From a virus (Duplodnaviria > Caudoviricetes), in the IMG/VR virus record IMGVR_UViG_651053002_000003, positions 2,520-66,519 of that record: DNA of 64,000 bases, one strand, 5' to 3'. How positions within the stretch are numbered: position 1 is the first letter of the stretch; every line of letters begins with the position of its first letter. A model generated the notes under the pieces. It was not told the DNA's origin and did no database searches. It was given only the letters and a program-made list of their open reading frames with translations. A program made the position numbers and the translations under genes. Below, piece by piece: positions 20,716-30,374 of the stretch.

Positions 20716-20952
20716 TAGAAGAATCTAGATCTTACCCTCGTCCACTTCAGTGCCTCTTTTCTTCCCACAGTCAATAGATAGAGAAAATAAACTCCTTCTT
20801 CTTAAAAAAGTTACTTTTCTTAATAATTTAGTTTATTAAGGAAAATTTAAGGTAATCACCAGCAAAATTATGGTATTATAGTTCCTATTACTTTATACCT
20901 TATATTATAAGGGTCAAAAGTAATAGAATTAACAAGAATTGAGGTAATAAGA

Positions 20953-21828
20953 ATGAAAAAGCGCAGTATTATTCTAATTTTAATGCTCGTATCTATTTGC
21001 TCTGTTATAATACCAATGCACACTAGAGCAGAAGAACAAATTGATTATAAAGCAATCTATAATCAAGCAATTAAAGAAGGAGTAATAAATCAATTTGAAT
21101 TAAGTTATGATGATTGGTTAAAAGAAAATGTAGGTTTTAAAAAAATTTACGATGAAGGCATTCAAGAAGATGTTTTAGAACCCACCCTTAGCTACGAACA
21201 ATGGATTAAACTAAATAATTATGGGCAAGAACCTAAAGATGACAATACAGAGCTCGTATCATATACAATAAAGGGATCACCCAACGCCAAAGTAACTCTA
21301 TTGTCAACAAACAGCTCAAATGTTAAGGTAACATCATTGTCCAGTTTTTCAGTAAAACCAGGAGACATTTTCATTACAAATTCTACCTCATCAGCTGGAA
21401 TTATAGGCCACAGTGCTATTGCTAATGGCTCAAATCACATCTTAGATATGCCTGGTTATGGAAACAAAAGTGATAATAATAGACAGCTTACTGTGTCACA
21501 ATGGGTATCAAAATATAACAATGGTTGGATCAAAGTTTATCGATTAAAAAATAGTAGCTTAGCAGCCCAAGTAGGAAAATATGCGGACAGACATTATTGG
21601 TCTACTACAGGGTCTTCAAAAAAAAATATACATATTCCTTATAAATTAACTCCGCATCTTTATAGTGTATCGCCCAGTTATTGTTCAAAATTAATCTATG
21701 ATGCCTATTGGTTTGGTTCTGGTTCAGCAAGTGTTCTAGTGAAACGTTCTGGATATGTTATGCCATTTAATTTAATCGATAATGATTTTACTTCGAAGTA
21801 CAGACCGTCCTTAGTTCATAGATATTAA
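20953..21828 (+). CDS. Secreted permuted papain-like amidase (YaeF/YiiX-like, NlpC/P60 superfamily)
   Basis: Signal peptide; KPGDIFIT...GHSAI...YCSKLIYDAY (His before Cys). Confidence 0.75.
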   Translation: MKKRSIILILMLVSICSVIIPMHTRAEEQIDYKAIYNQAIKEGVINQFELSYDDWLKENVGFKKIYDEGIQEDVLEPTLSYEQWIKLNNYGQEPKDDNTELVSYTIKGSPNAKVTLLSTNSSNVKVTSLSSFSVKPGDIFITNSTSSAGIIGHSAIANGSNHILDMPGYGNKSDNNRQLTVSQWVSKYNNGWIKVYRLKNSSLAAQVGKYADRHYWSTTGSSKKNIHIPYKLTPHLYSVSPSYCSKLIYDAYWFGSGSASVLVKRSGYVMPFNLIDNDFTSKYRPSLVHRY

Positions 21829-21843
21829 ATGGAGGAACATAAA

Positions 21844-22221
21844 ATGTTTAAAAAAATAGCTCTTGTTCTTTTAACATTAGTTGTTATAATTGGTGGCATT
21901 TCTTTAATTGTTCATTTTCACAATAGAAAAGTGGCCGAAGATAAAATTGATCAATACATTTCGGATTATGGTATCCCCAAAAATGAGATTCAATCTGAAG
22001 AGTATCCTTTATTTACATCTGTCAGTGCACCAGCTGGCTTTTTCAAAACTGTTTATGTGAAAAATGAAAATGATAAACAAAATTATTATATTTTTCACTA
22101 TGATCCATCTAGCAAAAAAGTAAAGTTTTCAGCAGTAGTAGAAGGAAATGAAATATCCATGCATGATAAGTTGATCAAAAAATTGAAATACCAACCTTCT
22201 GATAAAGTATTGAATCAATAA
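21844..22221 (+). CDS. Small membrane-anchored protein, possible partner or immunity protein
   Basis: Single N-terminal TM, GGAGG RBS, co-transcribed. Confidence 0.7.
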   Translation: MFKKIALVLLTLVVIIGGISLIVHFHNRKVAEDKIDQYISDYGIPKNEIQSEEYPLFTSVSAPAGFFKTVYVKNENDKQNYYIFHYDPSSKKVKFSAVVEGNEISMHDKLIKKLKYQPSDKVLNQ

Positions 22222-22234
22222 ATTAAGTGAAATA

Positions 22235-22260
22235 AAAAGCCCTCATCTGAGGGCTTTTTT
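22235..22260. terminator. Bidirectional terminator
   Basis: AAAAAGCCCTC-ATCT-GAGGGCTTTTT. Confidence 0.8.
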
Positions 22261-22261
22261 A

Positions 22262-23419
22262 TTAGACTATTAATAATGCAAGCTTCGTTTTTGTTTTAGG
22301 CCCATAAATCCCATCAGCTTTTAATCCATTCATCAATTGGAATCGCCTTACTGCACCCGCCGTCTTCGCGCCATATGCGCCGTCGATTCCGAAATTCTTT
22401 GCATTCTTATCCGGGTAATAGCGGAGCGCCGCCAGCGCCGTTTGAATCTGTTTTACGGCCTCCCCTCGGGTCAATGGGCTTGTGACTTTAAAAGTACCCG
22501 CAGGCAGGCTAAATTTTGATTTTTGAGTGGATTTAGGCTTTGACGATGTTGCTTTCTTCTTGTTGCCGCTTTTCAGCTCGTTATCGCTTTTGATATAGGA
22601 AACATTCACATATCCGTGGAATGTCTTGCCTTTTGAATTGGTGTATTCAACATATCCCCATCCGTTGACAGTTGATCCAAGCTGATATTTTACAATCGTG
22701 CCATTCGGCAGGTTAAGCACCATGGAAGAAGAGGCGCTCCGTTGTGTACGTAAAACAAGGCCATCGCTTGAAACCACCGTGTTTTTGATGAATCTTCCTG
22801 TGTCTGTATGGGTAACGTCCGGATTTGATACAGGCGCCGTTACAACCACACCATCCATTCGCTTTTCAACACGGGTCTTAAAATCGGCAAACCCTTTAGA
22901 GTTGCTTACCCACGGCTCCGGGCAGATTTTATGTGTAATGTCGTAATGTCGAACAATGTCATTGATTGGATCGAGTTTATACATTTTGCACAACTCGGCA
23001 CAAACTTGTTCTGCACGAGCGATGGTATCCGGATGGAAAGTGCCGTTCTTTTCAATGCAAAGCTCCACGCCGATAGATAAGAAATTTGCATTCGGTTTCA
23101 GCGCCGCGACACCCCGGTAAGGCTGCCCGTTAACAAATTGCTGAACGTCATTCGCATGATAGGCCACCTCATTCAACGGAATGATGCAAATAGCCTCTGT
23201 ACGATCGACAAAAATATGTGCAGATGCAAACGTCTGTTTCTTCTCAGACAGATTTCTGTTCTGTGCGGGGAGCGTTTGACCAAAGTATCTATAATGATTG
23301 GCAACAGACGCGCCAGGGTTTGCCGTGTAATGTACGGCCAGTTTCTTCACGCCGTTGTTTTTAATTCCCGGCCGCGTCCATTTATTAATATCAATATATT
23401 GGTTTTTAAATGCTGACAT
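22262..23419 (-). CDS. Endolysin: Amidase_2, SH3 and PG-binding domains
   Basis: AVHYTAN, SIGVELC, RHYDITHKICP; DGIYGPKT repeats. Confidence 0.92.
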   Translation of the reverse strand: MSAFKNQYIDINKWTRPGIKNNGVKKLAVHYTANPGASVANHYRYFGQTLPAQNRNLSEKKQTFASAHIFVDRTEAICIIPLNEVAYHANDVQQFVNGQPYRGVAALKPNANFLSIGVELCIEKNGTFHPDTIARAEQVCAELCKMYKLDPINDIVRHYDITHKICPEPWVSNSKGFADFKTRVEKRMDGVVVTAPVSNPDVTHTDTGRFIKNTVVSSDGLVLRTQRSASSSMVLNLPNGTIVKYQLGSTVNGWGYVEYTNSKGKTFHGYVNVSYIKSDNELKSGNKKKATSSKPKSTQKSKFSLPAGTFKVTSPLTRGEAVKQIQTALAALRYYPDKNAKNFGIDGAYGAKTAGAVRRFQLMNGLKADGIYGPKTKTKLALLIV

Positions 23420-23473
23420 AAAAATCTCTCCTATTCTGTTTTGAAATATAAAAAGGCCGCCGAACGGCAGCCC

Positions 23474-23737
23474 TTACTTGGTTAAATCGTGCTGTTTTAA
23501 AACGGCTTTTTGCTTATGGCCTTTTTCAGTCACATAGTTGTTTTTGAACCATGCTACCAGTGACATGATGATCGTAAACCCGATGGAGCCGCCTAAATAA
23601 ACCGCGTCCGCAAGGTCATTCACTTGATCATCTGCAATCGGTAGCACATCTTTACCAAACATCACTAAAACTTGGTTTACCAGAGCAATAAAAAGAAGCA
23701 CAGTCCGGACGACTGTACCTTTGTCGAATTTTTTCAT
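23474..23737 (-). CDS. Holin (SPP1/XhlB family)
   Basis: [18 protein letters not shown]...WFKNNYVT. Confidence 0.9.
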   Translation of the reverse strand: MKKFDKGTVVRTVLLFIALVNQVLVMFGKDVLPIADDQVNDLADAVYLGGSIGFTIIMSLVAWFKNNYVTEKGHKQKAVLKQHDLTK

Positions 23738-23752
23738 ATGTTATTTTCCTCC

Positions 23753-24031
23753 TTATTTTTGCAACAGGTTATACATGATCGCGATAGCCCCGCCGATAAA
23801 ACCGGTGCTAACTGCCGTTATTATAGCCCCTGTGATGGTCCGCTTGATCCAAGTCGTATTTTCATCAATTTTGTTCAGCTTTTCGTTTAATGAAATGATT
23901 TGCTGATCATGCCTGTCTGAAGAACGTTCAAGGACACTTACCCGCTGTTCAAGAGTCTTTTGCCCGGCTTTAACCTCTGTAATTTCTTTTTGTAAAGCAT
24001 TCACTTCCGGTACCTCCGTCATTTGTGACAT
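23753..24031 (-). CDS. XhlA-like lysis accessory protein
   Basis: Coiled coil, IDENTTWIKR, C-terminal TM. Confidence 0.85.
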   Translation of the reverse strand: MSQMTEVPEVNALQKEITEVKAGQKTLEQRVSVLERSSDRHDQQIISLNEKLNKIDENTTWIKRTITGAIITAVSTGFIGGAIAIMYNLLQK

Positions 24032-24094
24032 TAGTACGCCCCCCTTTTATCTATCTCATACGTTTCACCTCCTTCGAGGCAAAATAAAAAAGCC

Positions 24095-24289
24095 TTATTT
24101 ATTGGCTTCTGTTTGTTCCTCGTATGGTTGCCCTGTTACTTCCTGAAACTGATCCGGTGTAACATACGCAGCAGCCACACCCTCTTTCATATCGTCGATG
24201 GTACAATCGTTAAAACCCATTGCCTGCTTTACCATTGCGGTTGTCGCCCACTTGTAGAACAAGGCATAAACCCAGAAATTAAGATTCAC
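24095..24289 (-). CDS. XkdX-family protein
   Basis: YVTPDQFQEVTGQPY motif. Confidence 0.75.
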   Translation of the reverse strand: MNLNFWVYALFYKWATTAMVKQAMGFNDCTIDDMKEGVAAAYVTPDQFQEVTGQPYEEQTEANK

Positions 24290-24743
24290 TGGTCACCCCT
24301 CCTTCCAATTCCAATACTTTAAGCTTTAAGGCAGCAAGCTGTTTACCCATTGAAACATTTACTGCTTCAGCCTGCTTTCGTGCTATGATTTCATTTGTAA
24401 GCTGCATCCCAAGAGCTTGCTGGCCTTCTTCAGCTTGCTTTCTTGCAAGCTCTTCGACCGAAAGTTGTTGCCCGATCTTGTAAAGCTGATCTTTAACTGG
24501 ATCGGGATCGGTAACTATCTCTTTTTTCAAGCTGTCTTTATATTCTTGATCAGCCGTTTCGATCCAAGTATTCTTTTCTTTATCAAATTTAGGCCGCCAC
24601 ATTCCCGCACCATCAGCCGATAATGGTGGGATGTCCGTAGCGTTATCAGGCATCTTATACTCTCCGGTTTCCGGATCGAGTGATAATTCAGCCGGCTTTC
24701 CAATATAAATATTGTCGCTTCCGTAAGGGAATATCAGTTTCAT
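24279..24743 (-). CDS. Tail fibre assembly/chaperone-like protein
   Basis: PDNATDIPP...PKFD..W motif, coiled coil; follows the fibre gene. Confidence 0.6.
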   Translation of the reverse strand: MKLIFPYGSDNIYIGKPAELSLDPETGEYKMPDNATDIPPLSADGAGMWRPKFDKEKNTWIETADQEYKDSLKKEIVTDPDPVKDQLYKIGQQLSVEELARKQAEEGQQALGMQLTNEIIARKQAEAVNVSMGKQLAALKLKVLELEGGVTSES

Positions 24744-24761
24744 GAAATCACCTTCCTTTCT

Positions 24762-25991
24762 TTAAGTTAGTGGAATATTTATGTCGATATAGTAACCGTT
24801 GGCCTTTGATTCGGTTGTTGCCATAATACCAGTAATTTTCATGTCGCCTGAAGCGTATACAATTATCTTGCTGTACCCAGTTGTTCCGCTGGTTGCAACC
24901 AATTTCACCACACCTTTACTTGGAGCGCAGGAAGTGGGTATGCTGCCGAAGACAATTTCCCTGTCAGTAAGAACATGACCATTTAAGTGAAGCGTATTCC
25001 CTACTTTTCGATATTGAACAGGTCGATCCCCTGTTTTGGCACCGTTTTTGTACGTCACATCTAACCAAGGAATATCAATGTCAGTAATAAGCTCCCGCCA
25101 ACCCGTAAACTCACCTTCCTTGTGAATTGTTGAAATCCATGTACGGTTATCATAAGAGCGTGTGGCAACTATTTTTTTTAATCCTTGTGGCGGAGCCAAG
25201 TCAGCAGGCACATCCGATATATCATAATAATACCAAGCTGCATCATCATCACCAGGATGGTTTACAACGCCGGCACCAAAATAAAAGCCTGTCGGATAAT
25301 CAAAAAGATTCTGCCCTTTCATTATTTTTATTCGTTGCCCGTCTTGTGTTGTCAGGGGATAGAGTTGCCCGCCATTCCACTTGTCCCTTTCCACTTGAGA
25401 AATATGGCGAATGCCGTTGTTATCGTGTTGGCGAAACGCATAATAGTCGGCCTGTTTCACATTATCAACGTTACTAAGCCCGATCTGCTCCTTTGTAACC
25501 TCATGTGGATTATCTCTTCGGGCAGCCAGTTCATCAGTATATGCTTTAGCGTTTTTTTCAGCCGCATCAGCTTTGTTTTGGGCTCCTGTTGTCGTTTCCT
25601 TCGCATTCCAGTTAGTGCGCTCTGTGGCTGTAATATGACGGTCATTATCCTTTGTATGGGCGTCAAAATCTGCTTTGGAAGCCTGAAGTACATTGTCAAC
25701 GTTACCGAGCCCCACTTGTGCTTTGGTTGTCTTATGTGGGTTGTCAATTCGTTTTTCGTGCTTGTCAGTATAAGCTTTGGCATCAGATACAGCAGAAGAA
25801 ACATCTTCCTTCGTTGCTCCGATCGTTTGCAACTCTTTCAAAGCCTGATAGGCCGTATATTGATACCAGTTAAACCAATCGGCCGGCGGGTGGTCCATCG
25901 GCTTATACCCTTGATCAATGGACGTTTGCGGCGGCCGCTGACCGGGGTTCCCCCATTCTGGTAATTCTTTTATAAAAGGCATATGCTTCAC
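24762..25991 (-). CDS. Tail fibre / receptor-binding protein
   Basis: Two NPH..TK.Q.GL.NVDNV repeats; position after baseplate genes. Confidence 0.8.
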   Translation of the reverse strand: MKHMPFIKELPEWGNPGQRPPQTSIDQGYKPMDHPPADWFNWYQYTAYQALKELQTIGATKEDVSSAVSDAKAYTDKHEKRIDNPHKTTKAQVGLGNVDNVLQASKADFDAHTKDNDRHITATERTNWNAKETTTGAQNKADAAEKNAKAYTDELAARRDNPHEVTKEQIGLSNVDNVKQADYYAFRQHDNNGIRHISQVERDKWNGGQLYPLTTQDGQRIKIMKGQNLFDYPTGFYFGAGVVNHPGDDDAAWYYYDISDVPADLAPPQGLKKIVATRSYDNRTWISTIHKEGEFTGWRELITDIDIPWLDVTYKNGAKTGDRPVQYRKVGNTLHLNGHVLTDREIVFGSIPTSCAPSKGVVKLVATSGTTGYSKIIVYASGDMKITGIMATTESKANGYYIDINIPLT

Positions 25992-25996
25992 ACTCC

Positions 25997-26626
25997 TTAA
26001 ATTGGTAACGGGTAATCATCTTCTGGCCGGAAGATGCCCCCCAGGGTCCCGCCGTCTTTTCCATCAGAAGAAAACCCATATTCGCTTGTTTCTATGGTGC
26101 TGGCTGATGATGAAAAACAGAAAGTGCCGTTTAAATCCACATAAGCAACTCGAACCCCCGCAGCCACCGTTTTTTGAACGATGTTCGAAAATTGCGTTTC
26201 GCTCATTCCTACCTTACTTAATGCCTCGATCGGCGCCTTTTTCACAATGATTGCAGCTGGTTCATCCTGGTTGTTTTCTTTGCTGCTCACAATGTTTATT
26301 TCACTCGGCTTGCAGTTCAATGTTTTCGCCAGCGCTTCAATAATCCGGTTTGTTGTCCCGTCTGACGCATTCCGGGCTACCTTTCCACGAATGAGCACGC
26401 GGTATATTTCATCAGTAGCCCGGCCCCGATCCTGGGCCACGTTATCCCCGAGAAGGTCCAACGATTTCCCGCGCGCCGCGTCAATATCCCGCCATAGTTC
26501 CGCCGTTGTCAGTGAATTTTTTAATGCTGTCAATTGTTCATCAACAATTAAAAAAAGCTTCCCGATATTGCTCTTTTCATCTTTCAAGAACGCATCAGTA
26601 AGCTTTCCTATTAAATCCTTGATCAT
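25997..26626 (-). CDS. Baseplate wedge protein
   Basis: DIDAARGKSLDLLG, AAGVR motifs; follows baseplate J. Confidence 0.75.
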   Translation of the reverse strand: MIKDLIGKLTDAFLKDEKSNIGKLFLIVDEQLTALKNSLTTAELWRDIDAARGKSLDLLGDNVAQDRGRATDEIYRVLIRGKVARNASDGTTNRIIEALAKTLNCKPSEINIVSSKENNQDEPAAIIVKKAPIEALSKVGMSETQFSNIVQKTVAAGVRVAYVDLNGTFCFSSSASTIETSEYGFSSDGKDGGTLGGIFRPEDDYPLPI

Positions 26627-27798
26627 ATCAGATTCACCACTATTTCAGAGAAGTGAACTTGCGCAACTTCTCTCGGTTCAATGGTGATATTTGACTGACC
26701 GAGAACCGCCTCATCCTTCCCGATTTGTATAGTCACATCTGAAACCCCATTCACCTGATATACAGCGTTAAAAAGTTGCGACAGAATAACGTCGTCACCC
26801 ATCTGCGATCCGGTAAAAGATGAACCATTTTCATCAATCCCGCCAATTTTATATACGAGATTGTTTTTGATCTGACTCACGCCGTCAGCAGGGAATGAAG
26901 CGTTTGTTTTTAAATCGAGCTGCACATAAATTTTCACTTCTTTAGCAAAATCAAATTTGACATCGTGATCCAAACCACTTGCATCTGTAATGACAACCGA
27001 TTGTTCTCCGACTGTTTCAATACCGGCCGCCACGCTATCAAATAGAGCTTGGGCCACGTCTATTTTTGTTCCCCCGAGAACATAAGCATGAATGCTTTTC
27101 GGTGGATTGCCGTCTGCATCCGTTTGCATGGTATTATTCGCGACTATATTCGCTGAACGAACGCCCGAAACGGCAAGCAATGCCGAAATGATGCCGCTAT
27201 TCGTAGAAGCAGAACTGCCTTCAACTGATTTTTTAATTCGCGCCCGAAATTCCGGATCAGATTCCTCGTCAGTGCCGCCGGAAGCAGCTTCCGGATTATT
27301 CACTGAATAAACTCCCTCTAACGTCTCAGCCTGTTCAGTAATGGTATTGGCCGCGACATTGTTAATAATCCCTTTAGACAGCGATACAGCCGCCCCTGTG
27401 CCCGTTCCATCATCCCCGATTACAACATCTTCGATTAGTTCAAAATAAATACCGGATTCCGTTGTATATTGGGTTTGTTCTTCTATGACGAATCCAGGTT
27501 CCCCGGTAAAAAACAGAGTTGTGACCGCCTCAGCCGCCGGCTCCCGGCTTATACCGAAATTACTTCCCAACCTGTCCAACTGAACGCCCTCCGATTTACT
27601 GACAAAGCCGCTATTATAAACCCGCTCTGCAATGTCCCAAATTCCCGCCAAAAACCAAGCAAAGATACGTAGGATAATGCCTAATGGCGTTTTGCTTGAC
27701 GTGTTTATATCTTCGCCAAACAGCTCCTTCGCTTTATCCTCCATGCCGTCAAGAAGCTCCGAATAGGTCTGCCGTTGGAATCCTGTTTCATTAAGCAA
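26623..27798 (-). CDS. Baseplate J/gp47-family protein
   Basis: GVQLDRLG, GGTDEESDPEFRARI. Confidence 0.9.
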   Translation of the reverse strand: MLNETGFQRQTYSELLDGMEDKAKELFGEDINTSSKTPLGIILRIFAWFLAGIWDIAERVYNSGFVSKSEGVQLDRLGSNFGISREPAAEAVTTLFFTGEPGFVIEEQTQYTTESGIYFELIEDVVIGDDGTGTGAAVSLSKGIINNVAANTITEQAETLEGVYSVNNPEAASGGTDEESDPEFRARIKKSVEGSSASTNSGIISALLAVSGVRSANIVANNTMQTDADGNPPKSIHAYVLGGTKIDVAQALFDSVAAGIETVGEQSVVITDASGLDHDVKFDFAKEVKIYVQLDLKTNASFPADGVSQIKNNLVYKIGGIDENGSSFTGSQMGDDVILSQLFNAVYQVNGVSDVTIQIGKDEAVLGQSNITIEPREVAQVHFSEIVVNLI

Positions 27799-28147
27799 GA
27801 TCAACACCCCTAAGCTCGATTGTTTGATCATCCTCTTTATTCATTTTCAAGTGGACAGATAGATTTCGTGTCTCTTTATCGTGAGAAAACTCAACTGATT
27901 CAACGCTAGCAATTCGCTCGTCTTGTGTTACAGCATTAATAATGTCGTATTGCGCCTCTTCTTGATCAAAGCCTTTCCCGAGAATGTTACTCCGATCCAA
28001 GCCGAAATGTTCATCCAGAGTAAATTCCCCTAACCGTGTTTTTAAGGTTAATTCGACTGATTGAGCAATTTCCTCGTTCCCCTCAACCATCTGAAGAGTA
28101 CCGTTTTCAAAACATAGATCACCGTCTACAAGCTTGAGCGTTTTCAT
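27791..28147 (-). CDS. Baseplate/sheath initiator (gp25-like)
   Basis: LKTRLGEF.LD..FG pattern; synteny. Confidence 0.75.
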   Translation of the reverse strand: MKTLKLVDGDLCFENGTLQMVEGNEEIAQSVELTLKTRLGEFTLDEHFGLDRSNILGKGFDQEEAQYDIINAVTQDERIASVESVEFSHDKETRNLSVHLKMNKEDDQTIELRGVDLA

Positions 28148-28491
28148 CCTTCCCACACTCCTATGACCACCGGATCATTGATACTGTGCGTTCGTCGAGA
28201 ATCAGGATCAAACGTTTTGTTCCCATCCAAGTTATCAAGAGATCTTTCAGCGAATGAAACAAAAACCGAGGAACCAACCTTTATATTAGGCTCAACATGC
28301 TTTAAAACTGGTGCATGTTCGATCAACGGGTATTCATGAAGGTATTCACCATCATTCATAAGAAACAACAATTGCAGATCAGCAGTATGCTTTTCTGAAT
28401 TGTATTTCACAACGCGAGCCGGAGCCAGTGTATGGATGGATAGTTTGATTCTTTTCTCAAAAGCATCGAAAAACCTCGTCGCTTTACTCAT
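28144..28491 (-). CDS. Baseplate spike-like protein (Gp138 N-terminal type)
   Basis: PARVVKY...VFVSFAERSLD...RTHSINDPVVIG. Confidence 0.7.
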   Translation of the reverse strand: MSKATRFFDAFEKRIKLSIHTLAPARVVKYNSEKHTADLQLLFLMNDGEYLHEYPLIEHAPVLKHVEPNIKVGSSVFVSFAERSLDNLDGNKTFDPDSRRTHSINDPVVIGVWEG

Positions 28492-29459
28492 TACATCACC
28501 TTGCATTCTGTGAAAAAGTCTCTTCCATCAAACGAATGAGTACCCTCTTTCACTCGATATTTTCCTTTTGCTGTTTTGCTGTTGATTTCAATAATTGAAG
28601 CAACAGCGATACGGTGCTGAAGAAGACACTTCGCCTTATAACCTTTGAAATTATCTTCCTCAACCTGCTCAGGTGTCTCAATTAGTCCGGTGGCCTCTTC
28701 TAATTTGAAACGCTCATCATCGCCCTGATTAAGTGGGCGAATAACCGGTTTCCCTCGTCGATAGTACATAACGGCTCCTGCATCATGTATGACTTCTTCT
28801 AAATTATTTTCTATTAAGCCAGTCACCCGGTAACCCTTTTTGTACACCTTATTTTTCGGCAGGATAATATTTTTCACTTTAATTCCGAGAACGCGCAGCA
28901 GTTTATCTACAATTTGCCTCGATGTGGTTCCTGCTTTAAAAGTAATCTTCATGTATCGTTTGCGATACCTAACCTCTTCCCGCGTCCCGTAATTCCTGAC
29001 AGTCTTGTACGTTCGGCCGTTTTTGTCTTTCCTGACAGTAACAACCGGTTTTGCAAGCTTATATCTTTTTTTGACATAATATTTCTCAGCAGGATCAGCA
29101 TTGGCAGTTGTCACTTTCATATGGGTATAATCGTCACCGTCTTTTGAATAGATCGACGTCACCTTATCCAAGCCGCTCCAGTTATTCAGAACCTTTGTCA
29201 CTTTGCCAATCGTCAAAACGCCGTAGTCGTCTCGATAACCCGCCTGAACCGTTATCGTGCTGCCTTTTTTTATCTTGTTGATCGAATCCTTGCTAAGATT
29301 GTAAATCTCAACTTTTGTTTCATTGGGTTTGAAATCATCGTCGAAGGGCACTTCAAAATGAATTTCTAAATCCTTGTAATCAAATGTGATCTGCGAACTG
29401 CCGTTATCAATGGTTATCTTGACGACCCGGCCAAACAGTTTTTTATTCGTCGTCGCCAA
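28491..29459 (-). CDS. Baseplate hub protein
   Basis: IYNLS...AGY motif; synteny. Confidence 0.7.
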   Translation of the reverse strand: MATTNKKLFGRVVKITIDNGSSQITFDYKDLEIHFEVPFDDDFKPNETKVEIYNLSKDSINKIKKGSTITVQAGYRDDYGVLTIGKVTKVLNNWSGLDKVTSIYSKDGDDYTHMKVTTANADPAEKYYVKKRYKLAKPVVTVRKDKNGRTYKTVRNYGTREEVRYRKRYMKITFKAGTTSRQIVDKLLRVLGIKVKNIILPKNKVYKKGYRVTGLIENNLEEVIHDAGAVMYYRRGKPVIRPLNQGDDERFKLEEATGLIETPEQVEEDNFKGYKAKCLLQHRIAVASIIEINSKTAKGKYRVKEGTHSFDGRDFFTECKVM

Positions 29460-29802
29460 TGTCATCCCCCTCCGATCCATCAGCTACATCATCAATATAA
29501 AGAAACACGGTTTCCATGAAATTCTTATATGTAACCCGTGTTTCTGAATTTGATTCATCTAAAGGGATAAGGGCGGGAGCCGGCAGATTTTCATTTACAA
29601 TGTCATCCCATAAAGGAACATTGAGTATAAGCTTCTCGCCCAGAACGATAGGCGTCATATCCTGCTCATATAAATCCAGTGAAAAACTATCATCGGATTG
29701 ATTGTAATTTATGCGCAGAATAAACGTGTCATCCGCTAAATCAAATTCGAACTGCTGCGGAATATCCTCTTTATCAAAAGGAATATAGTCCCTCGTAGCC
29801 AT
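29443..29802 (-). CDS. Baseplate plug-like protein
   Basis: Small acidic protein between the LysM and hub genes. Confidence 0.6.
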   Translation of the reverse strand: MATRDYIPFDKEDIPQQFEFDLADDTFILRINYNQSDDSFSLDLYEQDMTPIVLGEKLILNVPLWDDIVNENLPAPALIPLDESNSETRVTYKNFMETVFLYIDDVADGSEGDDIGDDE

Positions 29803-29816
29803 TTCCCGTACCCTCC

Positions 29817-30374
29817 CTATTTAATCCGCATCTTTACCCCTATAGGTATTCTTCTGTCAGGCCATGGATTGAGCCGCCTCAATGCGCTGACAGTAGTTCC
29901 GTATTTGCGGGCGCAGCCCCAATACGTATCACCCTTTTTCACCTTGTGATAAACCTTATTGGATTTTTTTGTGGTTTTTTTCTTGTTGGCCTTTTTCTTT
30001 TTCCCGGCTGTTTTCACTTTCTTCTTAACCCACGGGCTTTTTGCAATACGGATTTCTTGTAAAGAGATTGTTATCGCAAACCCGTTTGAAAATTCCCCTG
30101 TATCGCGGTCGATTTTCGTAATGATCACGTCTTTTGCGACCTTTCGCCCGGTATAGGTTAGGAGATTGCCGGCATATGCTTGCTTTTTTAAATATTCATA
30201 GTCGCTGTTTGCCGTCTTCCCAAGCAAATAACCGGAAACACTTGTGGTTTCCGGTTTTCTCTGCACATGGTCGGTAATCGGCACGCCTTTTTCAACGGGA
30301 TAAGATGTGACTTCCACATCCGCCCCGTCTGATTCTTTTTCGTTAACAAGATTGACCTTCCCAAGCTTCGCCAA
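29817..30374 (-). CDS. Tail tube initiator with LysM domain
   Basis: YPVEKG..ITDH; HKVKKGDTYW...LRRLN LysM. Confidence 0.8.
   Translation of the reverse strand: MAKLGKVNLVNEKESDGADVEVTSYPVEKGVPITDHVQRKPETTSVSGYLLGKTANSDYEYLKKQAYAGNLLTYTGRKVAKDVIITKIDRDTGEFSNGFAITISLQEIRIAKSPWVKKKVKTAGKKKKANKKKTTKKSNKVYHKVKKGDTYWGCARKYGTTVSALRRLNPWPDRRIPIGVKMRIK

Noticed and set aside
25185-25964. 259 aa plus-strand ORF
   Set aside because: Antisense shadow of the tail fibre gene
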